This document shows positions 20,264 to 33,161 of a stretch of DNA of 64,000 nucleotides, one piece after another. Source of the DNA: Piromyces finnis finn (lineage: Eukaryota > Fungi > Neocallimastigomycota). The position numbers and the translations under genes are program-made. Within the stretch, counting starts at the first letter, position 1; each line of letters starts with the position of its first letter. The notes below the pieces were generated by a model. It was given only the letters and a program-made list of their open reading frames with translations, was not told the DNA's origin and ran no database searches. Where the stretch lies: NCBI GenBank assembly GCA_002104945.1, contig MCFH01000023.1:558001-622000 (forward strand), in the 5' to 3' direction.

Positions 20264-20705
20264 AATAATAGCAAAAATCATATTAATTGTTTCATTATTA
20301 TGTAATATAAATTAATAATAATAAAAAAAAAAGTCAGAAAAAAAAATAAATAAATGGCTTTTATTATTGTTGAAAATAAATCGAACCTGTATTTTTTTTC
20401 TTTATTGATGAACGTGAATTTATTTCATAATTATTATCATCATTGTTCTTTTTACGATTTCTTTTATTATTGTTTTTTCCATAACGAGAATACTCATAGT
20501 CATCATCATTATCATCATCATCAAAATCATCATAATTGTATTCATAACTATCGGCTAATGAATTTCCATAACCTTCATAATAATTTAGAGAATAAATATC
20601 CTCTGTTTCTTGTTCTTGTGCTAATAATTTGTTTATATATGCTTGACTTTTTGCTTCTTCTTCTTCTTTTGTTAGAACTTTTTGTTTTTTGCTTCTAGCT
20701 ACCAT
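16543..20705 (-). CDS. Myb/SANT + MPN(JAMM) metallo-deubiquitinase, MYSM1-like, ~10 exons
   Basis: Spliced exons give the SANT domain GTYSPEEEAKFIEGINLYGRDWKN|LTKHIGTRNSKSIRSHAQKYF. The MPN domain reads MDLHSHLVKTEVIGLLAG..AYPCRS..EMDP..IVGWYHSHPKFAPDPSFVDI (intact HxH-x7-S-x2-D)..PFVGVIIG|PYD. Frame-consistent GT-AG introns. Confidence 0.85.
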
Positions 20706-21379
20706 TTTTTAAAAATATAAAATATTCTAACATATATTTAAAAAAAATATTTTATATATTATATTATGAAGTAAATTTCAATTAATAATAATAATAATAA
20801 TAAAAATAAAAAGCAGTAAAATATAGATTTATTTTTATATTTAATGAAGTTTTTATTAAATTACTTGAATGTATTTTTTAATTATAAAATGTGTTTTAAA
20901 GAGGCCTATAAACAATTATTTATTTCTATATTTCACGATATTATTATATTTTTAAAAAAACATTATATATATTATATATTATATAATAAAAAACTATTTC
21001 TTAATAATAATTATAATGTTAATGCAAAAAAAAATTTATATGAAAAAAAAATATTTAATAATTTTATTTTTTAGAATTTTTTATTTTCAAAAATTATCGA
21101 AACAATCATAGCAAATTTTATTGAAAAAATTGAAAGATATTTATATTTATCATTTTATACATAAAAAATTTGATATAAATCAAATTTACAATAAATATAG
21201 ATACTATATTAAATTATTTAATAAATTTGATATATAGATGTAATAACAGTTTTTATTATTATTTTTTTTTTTTACTTGATAACCTTGACTTCTTATTTAT
21301 TTTCATAGAAATTATATTAAATTTGATTAATAATAATATTATTATTTAATTTATTTCCTAATTTATTTCTAGATTTAAC

Positions 21380-23417
21380 TTATTGTATTTGATTCAAATA
21401 AAACTTATTTTCTTTAGGATTAATTTCATTATGAGAGTGGGATTTAAATATTTCTGAAGAGCTAAATTTACTTAACTTTGTTGGTATTTTATAAAATATA
21501 CTATATAATCTAATCACATATATATATATAATGGTGATAATTATTATTATAATTGTTCCAAAACCGTTAAATAAATCCTGGATAACTACTGATATTTCAT
21601 TTTCCATATTTAAAACTTCCAAAACAGTAGTAATAACAATATATGCATATGTAGGGATGGTCATTTTCTATTTATATATAAAAAGGTTTTAATTTTAAAA
21701 AAAAAATAAATAAATAGATAAATAAAATATAATTATTCTATATATTATTACTTCAGTGAACTTTTTTGTAACATTTTTTGTAAAATAAGTTAAAATACAG
21801 CCAAAAATTAAAATTGAATAATTAAGTATTACGCTTATTATATTAATAATTATATATTAATAAATTAATAATGTTAAATTATTAAATTATTATAAAATTA
21901 TATATAATATATAATTCTAACCTTATATTTTTTGACAATGGATAAGAACATTTACTATATTCTAATAAGTTTTTTGTATAAGATAAAGATGTATCAACAG
22001 AGCCTTCAATTAACCATAACATGGTAATAAGTAAATGTACAAAAGTAATAAAAAATACAATTAAATACATTTTTATTTTTTTCATTCCAATAGATCCTTT
22101 TTTAATATTTGAAAATCTATTTTGTTTTATTATATATAACATATATAATTAATTAACAAATAATAAATATTTAAAATATATTGTATTTTTACTAGGGTAT
22201 CTAACATTATGTATATCCTATATGTTTTCACTAATATTGAACCAAAGGTTAAGGAAAATCCCTATTATAAAAACAAATTACTATATAAGTAACATAAATT
22301 ATATATCTATATATTATTATTATTAAATATTACAATATTATTAGACAAAAAAGACATAATACAATTAAATTTTGTTTTATTTTCTATTGTAGATTCATAA
22401 ACATATATACAATTAAATAGTAATCCGAATAAAATTATATACATAAAATCGATTCCTCCTAAATATATGAAAGAATAACAATTAATATTTTAATTAATAA
22501 TTAATATATAATATAATTTATTTTACCAGCTTTTATTTTTGATTCATTTCTGAGTAAGAAAATACTAAGCATTATTATTAATATCAATATTACCAAAACT
22601 ATTGTAATAAATATTATCAATTTGTCAACGAATTTTATTCTATTTAATTTGTAATATTCATTACAATAGTTTCCATGGTAAGAAGTTTTTGAACAATCAC
22701 ATACATTAGTATTGATACATTTACCACCATTATTACAAGATGGTGAGCATTCAGGAAAATAACTATTTTGTTTATATTTAGTAATTCATGTATGTTGTAT
22801 GTAAGTAATTAAATAATAAATAAAATAATATATACCATGATTTAAAGCCAATATTATATAAATCTTGGTAAATATAAGATTCATCACAGTTTTTTATAGT
22901 TAAATCCATTTCAATTAAATTATTTGAAAACGGCTTGAATGGACCTGATTTTTTTAAATTAACAATTTTTTAATAATTTGTAAAATATCTATAAATTTTT
23001 TTTTAAAAATTTATTTTACCATATATTATTATTTCTACATTTAATTTATAATTTCCGGGATTTCCTACAACTAATTTTATAACATAAACTTATTATTATG
23101 ATTACTGCTCTTATCAATATTATTTATGAAAGTATAATATTACTTTTAAACGATGGTAATGTACATTCATCATATAAACAAAATGATACCGCTTTCCCAA
23201 TAATTGCTGCATTATAGGTGTCATTGATATAAACTTTAAAATATACCATTTCATTGACACTAGATACATATTTTATATCTAAACTTTCAGTGATTTTTCG
23301 TACTATTATTAATATTAAAAAATTATATATCGTTAAAATTATATTTAAATAATATATATATGTAGAGTTATCATTTTAATAATACAATTCCCATAATCAT
23401 CAAAAATGTTGTCTGTA

Positions 23418-23458
<41 letters not shown>

Positions 23459-26400
23459 TTAAGTCTCGTTAGTATATATTAAAATATTTTTATACTTTTA
23501 ATAAATATATTAAGTAAAAATAAAAATACATTTTATTTCTTCTGATATTACTTCCCCTGATATAATTGATATAGAATTAGGTGAATCATTTGTTAATTGA
23601 ATATATGCTGGATTGGTAACAAAAGATCCCTCGATTTCTCTTAATTCTTCTATATTTGAAAAATATGGCTCATATTGTTTTGAATAGCTATATGCAATAT
23701 GACCTTTTTGAAAATATTTATTATTATATTATATATTATATATTAATTTATTTTGCATTAAATAAATAAATATATATAATAACTTTTGATATATTTATAC
23801 CATATAGACCCCAGTTATTTTCAAAAACGCAATTATTAAAACTAACATATAAATTTGTTGAATTGCTTTGAGAATATACAATTCCTCCACAATTAGTGCT
23901 AATATTTTCTATGAATGATGAATTATTAAATGTAACAGGGGTACTATTATCTGTTTCTATAATACTTAATATAGAACCATTATATCCAAAAAATCCAATG
24001 AAATTTGTATTATTAATTATATAGTGTCCTTTTTTATTATTACTATTTGTATCTATTTCTATAAGAGAAGTAGAAAAGCCACAGTATTGGAAAGTTGTGT
24101 CTGATATAGTTATATATGATGATTTGCCTGCTTTAAATCCATCTTTTATTTAAAATAATTAAAATATAAAATTATAAACTACAAAATAATAATATATGAT
24201 TCATACTTGCATATATTGAATCAAATACTGTATCACTTATTATTAATTTTACGTTTTCTCCGATATCAATAAATCCAGAAATTTCATTTCCTAATTTTTC
24301 ATCTTTATTTGTTATAATACATTCTATGGAAAATGTACACCTCCAAAACATATTAAACTAAATTAAAGTTTTAATTCATCATTAAATTAATAATATATTA
24401 TTTAAATTATAGTATATTCATTACATTTGAATTATTTATGATTATTTCTCCATAACTCATGGTTATAAATTCTTTTGCATAATTATATATAAATGTTATT
24501 ATTTATTTATTGCTATTAGTTATAATAAATATTATTAAATAGTACTTACCTTCACATGAAGAATATTCATCTATTCTTACATTATTTAATGTTAAAGTAT
24601 CTTATATTATATTCAAATTAATTAAAAAAGGTATTATTACAAATGTATAGATGTATATATATAATATTCTTACTATGTGTATCTTTGTTATAGCTTTTAT
24701 TATAAAAAAAATATGTAGGTGAATTTGATGAATGATATAAAATATTAACATTATTAAATTCTATCATTGCTGGTCCTTCATTATACATAAAACTATAAAA
24801 AGAAAATTAATTTAAAAGTTAATAAAATCACAAATATATAATATATATTATAATTTAATTACTATCCACGGTAGCAGAATAGATTGCTGATATATGAACT
24901 ATATTTAGTTTTAAATATATAATAATTAATTTATTTATATTTAATATATATTTAATGTATGTATAATGAAAATTTACTCATTAATTGAAATCTCGATATT
25001 TTTATCAATCATAATAAACGTTGAAGCATAACTAGCACTATATTGTGAAAAATCCGTAAAATTTCCATTTGTAACTTTAAATTTTGAGCCAACTTCTTCA
25101 TTAAAAGATGTTAATAATACTCCACCAATACCTGATGCATCTACTTTATGTAATTCTATATTACTAGAATTTTTTTATTTTTAAATAAAATTTTTTTAAA
25201 ATTATATGTTTTTTGATTATTCATTATATTATTACTTAATTTCAATGACTGATTCTTGGCTTATAGTAAATGCGCCTACACCATTTCCTCCATTCAAATC
25301 CTCACCATAAAAATTTTCTATATAGAGATTAGAGAATCCTTCAATGCTATTATATATTTATTAATATTATTGTTATCATTATTAATGTTGTTGTTGTTGT
25401 TATTGTTATTATTGTCACTGCTATTAGTAATTTTAAGAATTCTTACCTAGCAATTAAACCTCCATTATTAATTGGTTGATTAATGTTCCCCACTCCATAA
25501 TATTGTGTGTTATAAATTGACGCTTTTGTTTTATAATCTGATGATGAGTAAATATATATAAAACTTCCCTTTAAAAAATAATAGTATTTCAATATTGATA
25601 TTATTCATCATTACATTAATACAATTTTAATTTATTATAATCACTAATTGCCTATTTATTTATATATTTACTTTTTCTAGAGCAGTAGTATTTTGCGCTA
25701 TAATATTTTGAGTTTCAAATGATTTCGAATTATATACATAAAATATCGCACCATTTTCTACGGAAAAATTATCGCTAAATTCACAACTTTCAACATACAA
25801 ATCAGAGTATTCAACTCCAATTGCACCCCTTATATAATAATATTATCATTTTATTAAAAATGTGACTTCAAAGCAACATTATTCTATTATAAATATTTAT
25901 CTTTTAATTAATATGTACCCTCCGGTTTTAAATGATGCACCTTTTTCAAATTTAGATGATGTTATAAATGATTTTAAGGAATTTATTATTTTAAGGCATT
26001 GATTAGAATAGTTTCCATCAAAATATGATTCATCTATTTTAATATTATTCATATTTTCTCCGTCATATTTCATTATTCCATTTTTGCATAATGAATTTCC
26101 ATAAAATAATGAATTACTTATATTAACATTACCAAACAAGTTTATACAGTATTCCTTCGAGTCAATTTCTGCTTCGGCATTAAATATAATATTATTTATA
26201 TTAATTGATTGATTCTTAATACATTGATCGTTAAAGCATTGATTATTAAAATCTAAAGTACCCATTATTAAAACATTATCAATATCTACTTCCATATTAT
26301 TCTTAAATTTTAGATTTCCTTTAATCATAATATTGGTAAGTTTAATTTTACTAATTGATTCACTAAATGTAAATCCATTATTTATTTCTTGAAAATTTAT

Positions 26401-26743
26401 TACACTAGCTTCTTTTGATTTACCATTTATAATTAATTTCTTTAAATTACTGTTTATAGTAATATTTTTCGAAACTTCCAAATTAACACTATTAATATTT
26501 ATAATCAATTCATCTGAAGATTTATTATTTAGAAAACCATTAATTAAATCATTTTCATTATTTACAGATATTGAAGTTGAATTTACAATTAATATAAGTA
26601 TGAAGGTACTTATAATATATCCTAATATATTTATATTATTGATTCTTAACTTCCTAAACAATTGTCATATATAATAATTTTGTTTTAATATATGTATTTT
26701 TTATATATTAATTTAAAATATAAAAAGGAAAAATATACCTCAT
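21380..26743 (-). CDS. Class C-like 7TM receptor with signal peptide, beta-helix (pectin-lyase-like) ectodomain and EGF-like module (copy 1)
   Basis: More than 20 short exons traced in frame: Asn/Ile-rich repeats, EGF CSPSCNNGGKCINTNVCDCSKTSYHGNYC, IKAG|GIDFMYIILFGLLFNC, GFSLTFGSILVKTYRI (class C TM3-like), KKFTE. First coding exon is ATGAG (26743-26739), then intron 26654-26738. Confidence 0.78.
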
Positions 26744-27268
26744 TTTTCAAATAGTCCAGAAATATTGGTTATAAAAAGAAAAGGAATATATACGATACTA
26801 ATTTATTATTTTTCTTATATCTATAATATATTTTCATAATATAAGAAAAATAAATTTTTACTTTTTTTTTTTTTAATTTTATAAAGAAATTATAATTGAA
26901 ACTTTTTTAAATATAAAACCTTTTTTTAAATATAAAATTGTTAAATCTTGTTCCTCATTTGCAATAATTAGAACAAAATTTAATATTTTAAAATTTTTTT
27001 ACTTCACATTTTTTATAAAGAAAATAAAACCAAATACATTATATTTTATTTCATTTTTACAATTAATACCATTTAATTTATTAAAAAATACAGCATATAT
27101 TAATTTTTTTAAAAAAAAAAAAATAATCTAAATAAGATATAATTACTATTTTATATTTTATTATCCATATGATAAACTTTTAGAAACCAAGTTTTATAAA
27201 AAAAGTTTATTTATTATATTTAATAAATTAATACAAAATTAAATGAAAAAGCAATTTATAATATATAT

Positions 27269-28319
27269 TTATTCATTAAAGCCGTTAAATATAGAAGAAC
27301 TGGATGATCTTCTTAGTTTTCTTTTATTAGGATTTCTATTTTTAAAATTAAAATCTGCATTAGATAATAAACTTGCTTGTGAATGTGTTGAATCTGCATC
27401 TTCCTTTACATTTGGTTCATAATTAGTTGGTAAATAATTATCCGATTTTGAATGGTTTAAAGTCGATAATTGAATGCTATTTAATTTTTGCATATCGGCT
27501 ATATTTATTCCCATTATATTATCAATGGTGTTAACACCCATAAATACCTTCACAAGTTTTAAAATGTATAAATAATAAATGATTGTTAACATTGATATTA
27601 ATATTCCAATTGAACTAATATAATCTTGACTATGGACATTCATATGCTTAATATTGATAAATTCTATCAAAAATGACGATATGGTATAAATATATACTGG
27701 AACTGTTAATTGCTATACATATATATAAGCATTATAAAAATTAGATACATTTTATAAAATATTTATATAGTAATATATATTTATTATTTATTTTTAATTA
27801 TATATACTTCTGTAAAAATTTTGTTAAAATCCTTAATCATATACGCAAAAACACTTCCAATAATTAATACAACAAAATCAAAAATAATACTATAGTAATA
27901 TGTATTAATAAAAAATTAAATATTGTTATATAAATTTAATTTCTTAATATTTATTATACATACTTTATATGTCTTATTTTTGTATATTTGCATGTTGAAT
28001 AATTAATTTTTTCATTAGCATCAATTACTCCAAGATTATTAAATATTATACAGACAGTTATGATCAATATATGATATAAAGTTATTACAAAAACAATTCC
28101 ATATAAAAATTTTTTATTGACATTGGAATCTAAATTTTGTAGTAGTTGAGAACTAAAATTTTTTAATAATAAATATTAAATATATAGATTTCAGTATATC
28201 TTATATGTTTTTGATATTTTATATAATGAAATTACATTTTATATATTCTGTAAGTTTTAGCAAGAATTGATCCAAATACTAATGAAAATCCCTATATAGT
28301 ACAACATTATTAACAACAA

Positions 28320-28350
<31 letters not shown>

Positions 28351-28365
28351 GTTATTATTATTATT

Positions 28366-28400
<35 letters not shown>

Positions 28401-31400
28401 AAGAAAAAATATTAATACTTACTATATAGTAAAATGAAAACATTAAAATACATGAAATCTTACTTCTTTTTGATGTTAATAACAATACATAAACATAATT
28501 AAATATTGTTCCAATTAAAATAATAATTAAAAAATCGACACCGCCTATCATAAAAATATATATATATATAAATAAGTTAATTTTTAATGATTTAGATAAT
28601 ACCTTTTATATATATATAACAATAAATTAATTTACCTCCTTTAATATTAGCATTTTCTCTATAATAGTATATACTAAATATTAAAACAATTGATAAAAAT
28701 ATTAGAGAGTTTGTTATAATCCATATTACATTATCAAAAACGACATTTCTTTCGCGTAATTTTAACGTTTCACAATAGTTTCCAATATATTTTGTTCCTT
28801 TACAATTACATTGATTATCACCTAAACATTCTCCTTGATTTTTACACGAAGGATCACATGTTTTTTTATAACTTTTATTTAATTATTAAATTAAATTAGT
28901 GTTGTAGTTATTAAATTATTATTATTAATAAATATTAATAATCTTACCATGATTTAATATTATTTGATTCTCGATATTTATAAAGAAGGTTGCCTAGTTT
29001 GTATTGTTCATTATCTTCACAATCAAGAATTTCTAATTCCATATGAGCTGTACTATTATCAAAATATAAGTATTGACCTAATAAAAAAATAAATAAAAAT
29101 ATTTTTAATAAAAGTTTTTTTTTCATTTTTTTAATTTTAATAATACCAACCAAAAGTTATTATATTGAAATTTAATTGATATTTTCCTGGAATTCCTACA
29201 ACTTTTTAAAAAATATTAAATATGTTAAAAATGGATCATTTCATCAATAGTATAACCTATTTAAATTCTTACCTTTAATATTTGAAACAGGACATGATGA
29301 ATTTCTACAAAAACCATATATTTGTCCAAATAATTTTACATTATAAGTATCATTAGGAGTGACTGAATAAAAAAATACATCTTCAAGTATTTTATAATTA
29401 AAAGTAATTACTAATAATGATATATTTAGTATACATTATTTAATTTATGTATTACATATTTACATAATTAATAAATACTTACAATGATTATAATCATCAT
29501 AAATTTTGTCTTTTTAAAGATTTTATAATTAGTAAACAAAAAAAAAATAATAATATCTTATAAAATTAATAAATAAATATAGATAATTTTACATGCTATT
29601 GGATTGGTTATTTGTTGTCCAGAATATGATATAATAGTATCTGATGTTGAATATTCTTCATCAAGAGTAATATAAGAAGGATTTGTAACGAAACCATTAC
29701 TAAGTTTTCTTAATGATTGAATGTTTTCAATATTAATAAATTTTGGTTCTGAAGCTTGATCGTAGGCATATGAAATATCTCCAAGTTTTGCAGTATTATT
29801 GAAAAAATTACAGTTGCTAAAAATTACATTTTTACTGGTAAATGGACTAATGGAATAAATTATACCACCTTGTTTAGTTGCATGATTATTTTGAAAATTG
29901 CATTTTTCAAGTCTAATAGTCCTTAAGTCATCTGGTAATAATCCCTTTTTAATAAATAAAACGGCACCACTTGTAGAATTATTATTTAAAAATGATGAAT
30001 TCCTTACTGACACTTCACCAATTGAATTATATGATAAATCATTAGCAGAAAAAATACCGTATTCCAAATTACAATTTTGATATATTGTCTCTGAAATTTC
30101 AGTATATGATCGTGAACACAATGAATAACCAAAGACTTTAAAGATTGTTAGTACAATAGATTTTTGTAATTCTTTTTTATATACTGTATATAAATTTACC
30201 TCCATATACATTATTAAATTTAGAATTTGATATATATGTTTTCCCATCATTTTCTGTTATTCCAATAGCAGCACTAGCTTCATAATTAACACAGTTTTTA
30301 TTTTTCTCACATGTATGAATATTTTCAAACTAAGAAAACATAATATATTATAAATTAAATTTAATTATAATTTTTAAACTAAATAGATATCGATTATTTG
30401 ATTTATAATTTTAATTATTACAACACAATTACTAATTTTTAATATCGAAACATTGTTTCTGTATATAACTATATTATATAAAAATAAGAATTATGTTACA
30501 AATATTAATAAAAGTATTATTATAATTAAATTATATTTTTAGAGACCTCCTGGAGAAGACACTCTCGATATTTTAACATTATTTAAATGTAAAAATGCTA
30601 ATTTTTAAAAATATATTAATAATCTATTATTTATTATTTTATTATAGATAAATAATAATAATAATTGTTTTTTTTTTTTTTGATCAACAAACAGTTATTA
30701 TTTGTAGCATCCAAATTAATTAAACTTATAGGAAAATTTGAAGAAACTGTATCATAGTTAACATTATTAAATGTTACTTTGGACTCATTGTTTTGATAAT
30801 GTAAGCTATAAATGCATATCACAATAACATATTAGCATTTGTAAACTTTTATTGAAAAAATATTATATATTTCTAGATTATATTTGTACTGACTGTGATT
30901 TTGAACCTTTGGCATTTTTAATATTACAACTAATATTTAAATATCAAATCATATATTTTAATAACCTATAGATAACATTAATTAAAACCTTACTATATAT
31001 TACTTATTAACTGTAAATGATCCTTTGTCAAACCAAGTAAATAAAGAACAAGCATTATCACTATATTGAACTATATTTGATAGAGTACAATTATCTATAC
31101 TAAATGTTACACCATTAATAATTGGAGTATAAGTTGTAATTAATAGACCTCCACCATATGATGCCCCACCAGTAATATTTCTCAATTCCAGATTTCTATT
31201 ATTATAATTTATAATATTGTTTGTTGATTTATTTTTTTTTTTTTTTGTTAATTTTTATTAATTTATGAATCTTTTTATAATACCTTACTGAAATCTGAGC
31301 ATCTCCAGATCCAACAAATGCTGCCCCAACACTACTTATTGTATAAAAATTCTCCCCATAATAATTTTCAACATCCAATGATGCATAATTATCTACACTA

Positions 31401-32712
31401 TTTTTATTTATTTATTATTATATAGTATTATTATAATTGTTATTATATTATTTAATAATAATATATTTTTTATATTTATAAAATTAAACCCAAAATAGTT
31501 AAACCTTGCAATTACACCATTCATTGTAAAATCAATAATATTTTCTATTCCTGAACCAATATGTTTAATATTCCTTAAAACTGCATGAGAACTTTTATCA
31601 GATGTCGCTGTTACATACAAAAATGATCCCTTTTTTATTTATATATTAGAAATTTTATTAATATATTTTATTTTTTATTTATTTTAATGTAAATTATTGA
31701 TTTTTATGCTGCAAAGTGAATTTTTATCTCATTCATTCTTACACCCCGTCTTGCTGTAATGTTATAAAGATTTAAGTTTTCTGCAATAAATCCGTATGTT
31801 TGACTAATAAAAAAACCTCCACCATCAAAATCACTATATATATCTTTAAATATGCAATTTTTCATATGAAAATCTGCTTCATAAACCGTTATTGCACCTC
31901 TATTATATAATTATATAATTTTAAATTTTAATCTTTTTTTTAAAAAAATAATACTTAAATAATACTAAAAAATTATGGAAACATTTAGTTTTTTATATAA
32001 AAATAATATTAAGTTTAAATTTTTGTTATTACCCTTTACTATTTTTATAACTAGTACATCTTAAAAAATTTGTATTCCTAATATTTATAGCTCCAAAGGT
32101 AATATCTATCGCTCTGCTAGTATATTTACCATTAAATTCTGAATCTTCAATAAGTAAATTATATCTCTTAATAACACCTCCACCATATTTTAATAAACTA
32201 CCCCATCCATCTATGTTTGGTTCAAAACTTGAATGGGAAATAACAGTATTATAATTACTAATTTCCATGAAATCTCTTTCCAGCTCACCTTGTAAAAAAA
32301 ACTTTGAATTATTGATGTTCAATTTTCCTCCATCAATTTCACTTCTGGAAATACTAATATTTCCTTTAAATTCAGATCTAATAATATTTACATTTGAATA
32401 ACGAATAGTGACATTTCCACTAAAACTAATATCATTAAACTCCAAAAAATGACCATTTATAAATTCAGTGTATTCATTAAAATGAATTTCTGATAACTTT
32501 GAGTTACCTTTTATATACAAGGTAGAAATATCCACTAAAACTGGTGAAGTTATAAAAATTTTATTATTGATAACAAGTTCATCATAATTTTTATTATTTA
32601 CTACATTCAGAAAATCATTTTCTGATTTTATTAGAACTTCTTTTGTAAAAGCTATATTTATGTAAATAGCTATTTTAATAATAAATATATATAATCGAAT
32701 TAATTTATTCAT
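27269..32712 (-). CDS. Class C-like 7TM receptor with beta-helix ectodomain and EGF-like module (copy 2)
   Basis: Same architecture and similar exon layout as copy 1: signal peptide, CDPSCKNQGECLGDNQCNCKGTKYIGNYC, GGVDFLIIILIGTIFNY, GFSLVFGSILAKTYRIY, and a longer Ser-rich cytoplasmic tail ending RKLRRSSSSSIFNGFNE. Confidence 0.75.
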
Positions 32713-32814
32713 TGTTATAATTATTATGTATTTTTCATTTTATAATTATATTTAATATTTCTTTTTTTTTTTTTTTTTTTCTCTTATAATTATTATTATC
32801 AATATATTACCACC

Positions 32815-32848
<34 letters not shown>

Positions 32849-33161
32849 TCTTTAAAGTTAATAAACTATGTAACCTATATAAAATAAAATAGATAAAATT
32901 TTAATTAATCTTTAAAAAAAGTGACATCTATTAATTAATATTTAATAAAAAAAAAAAAAGTTAAAAAATTAAAATTGTGCCTCTTTATTTAAAATTTTTA
33001 ATTAAATATTTAATTTTAATACATAATAATTATATATATTGTATATTTATAAATGTTAAAATAAAGATAGTATATAAAAATGAACATTTTCTTTTTTTTT
33101 TTTTTTTTTTTCTTAGTAAATAAACTAATAACTAATATTTGTTTAAACTCTAAATACGAAT

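Noticed and set aside
22248-22258. Perfect U12 branch-site-like TTTTCCTTAAC on the minus strand
   Set aside because: It lies within the coding exon GFSLTFG, and the flanking introns are ordinary GT-AG.
26641-26672. Apparent start-codon frameshift or pseudogene for receptor copy 1
   Set aside because: An upstream ATGAG micro-exon with GT-AG intron restores the frame.
26806-26853. 15-bp perfect inverted repeat upstream of receptor copy 1
   Set aside because: Almost entirely A/T in an extremely AT-rich background; plausible by chance.
30469-30546. Apparent premature stop (GGL*) in receptor copy 2
   Set aside because: A weak GTCTCT donor at 30546 spliced to the AG at 30469-30470 keeps the frame (G+TT = Val, then IYRNNVSILKISNC); needs RNA confirmation.
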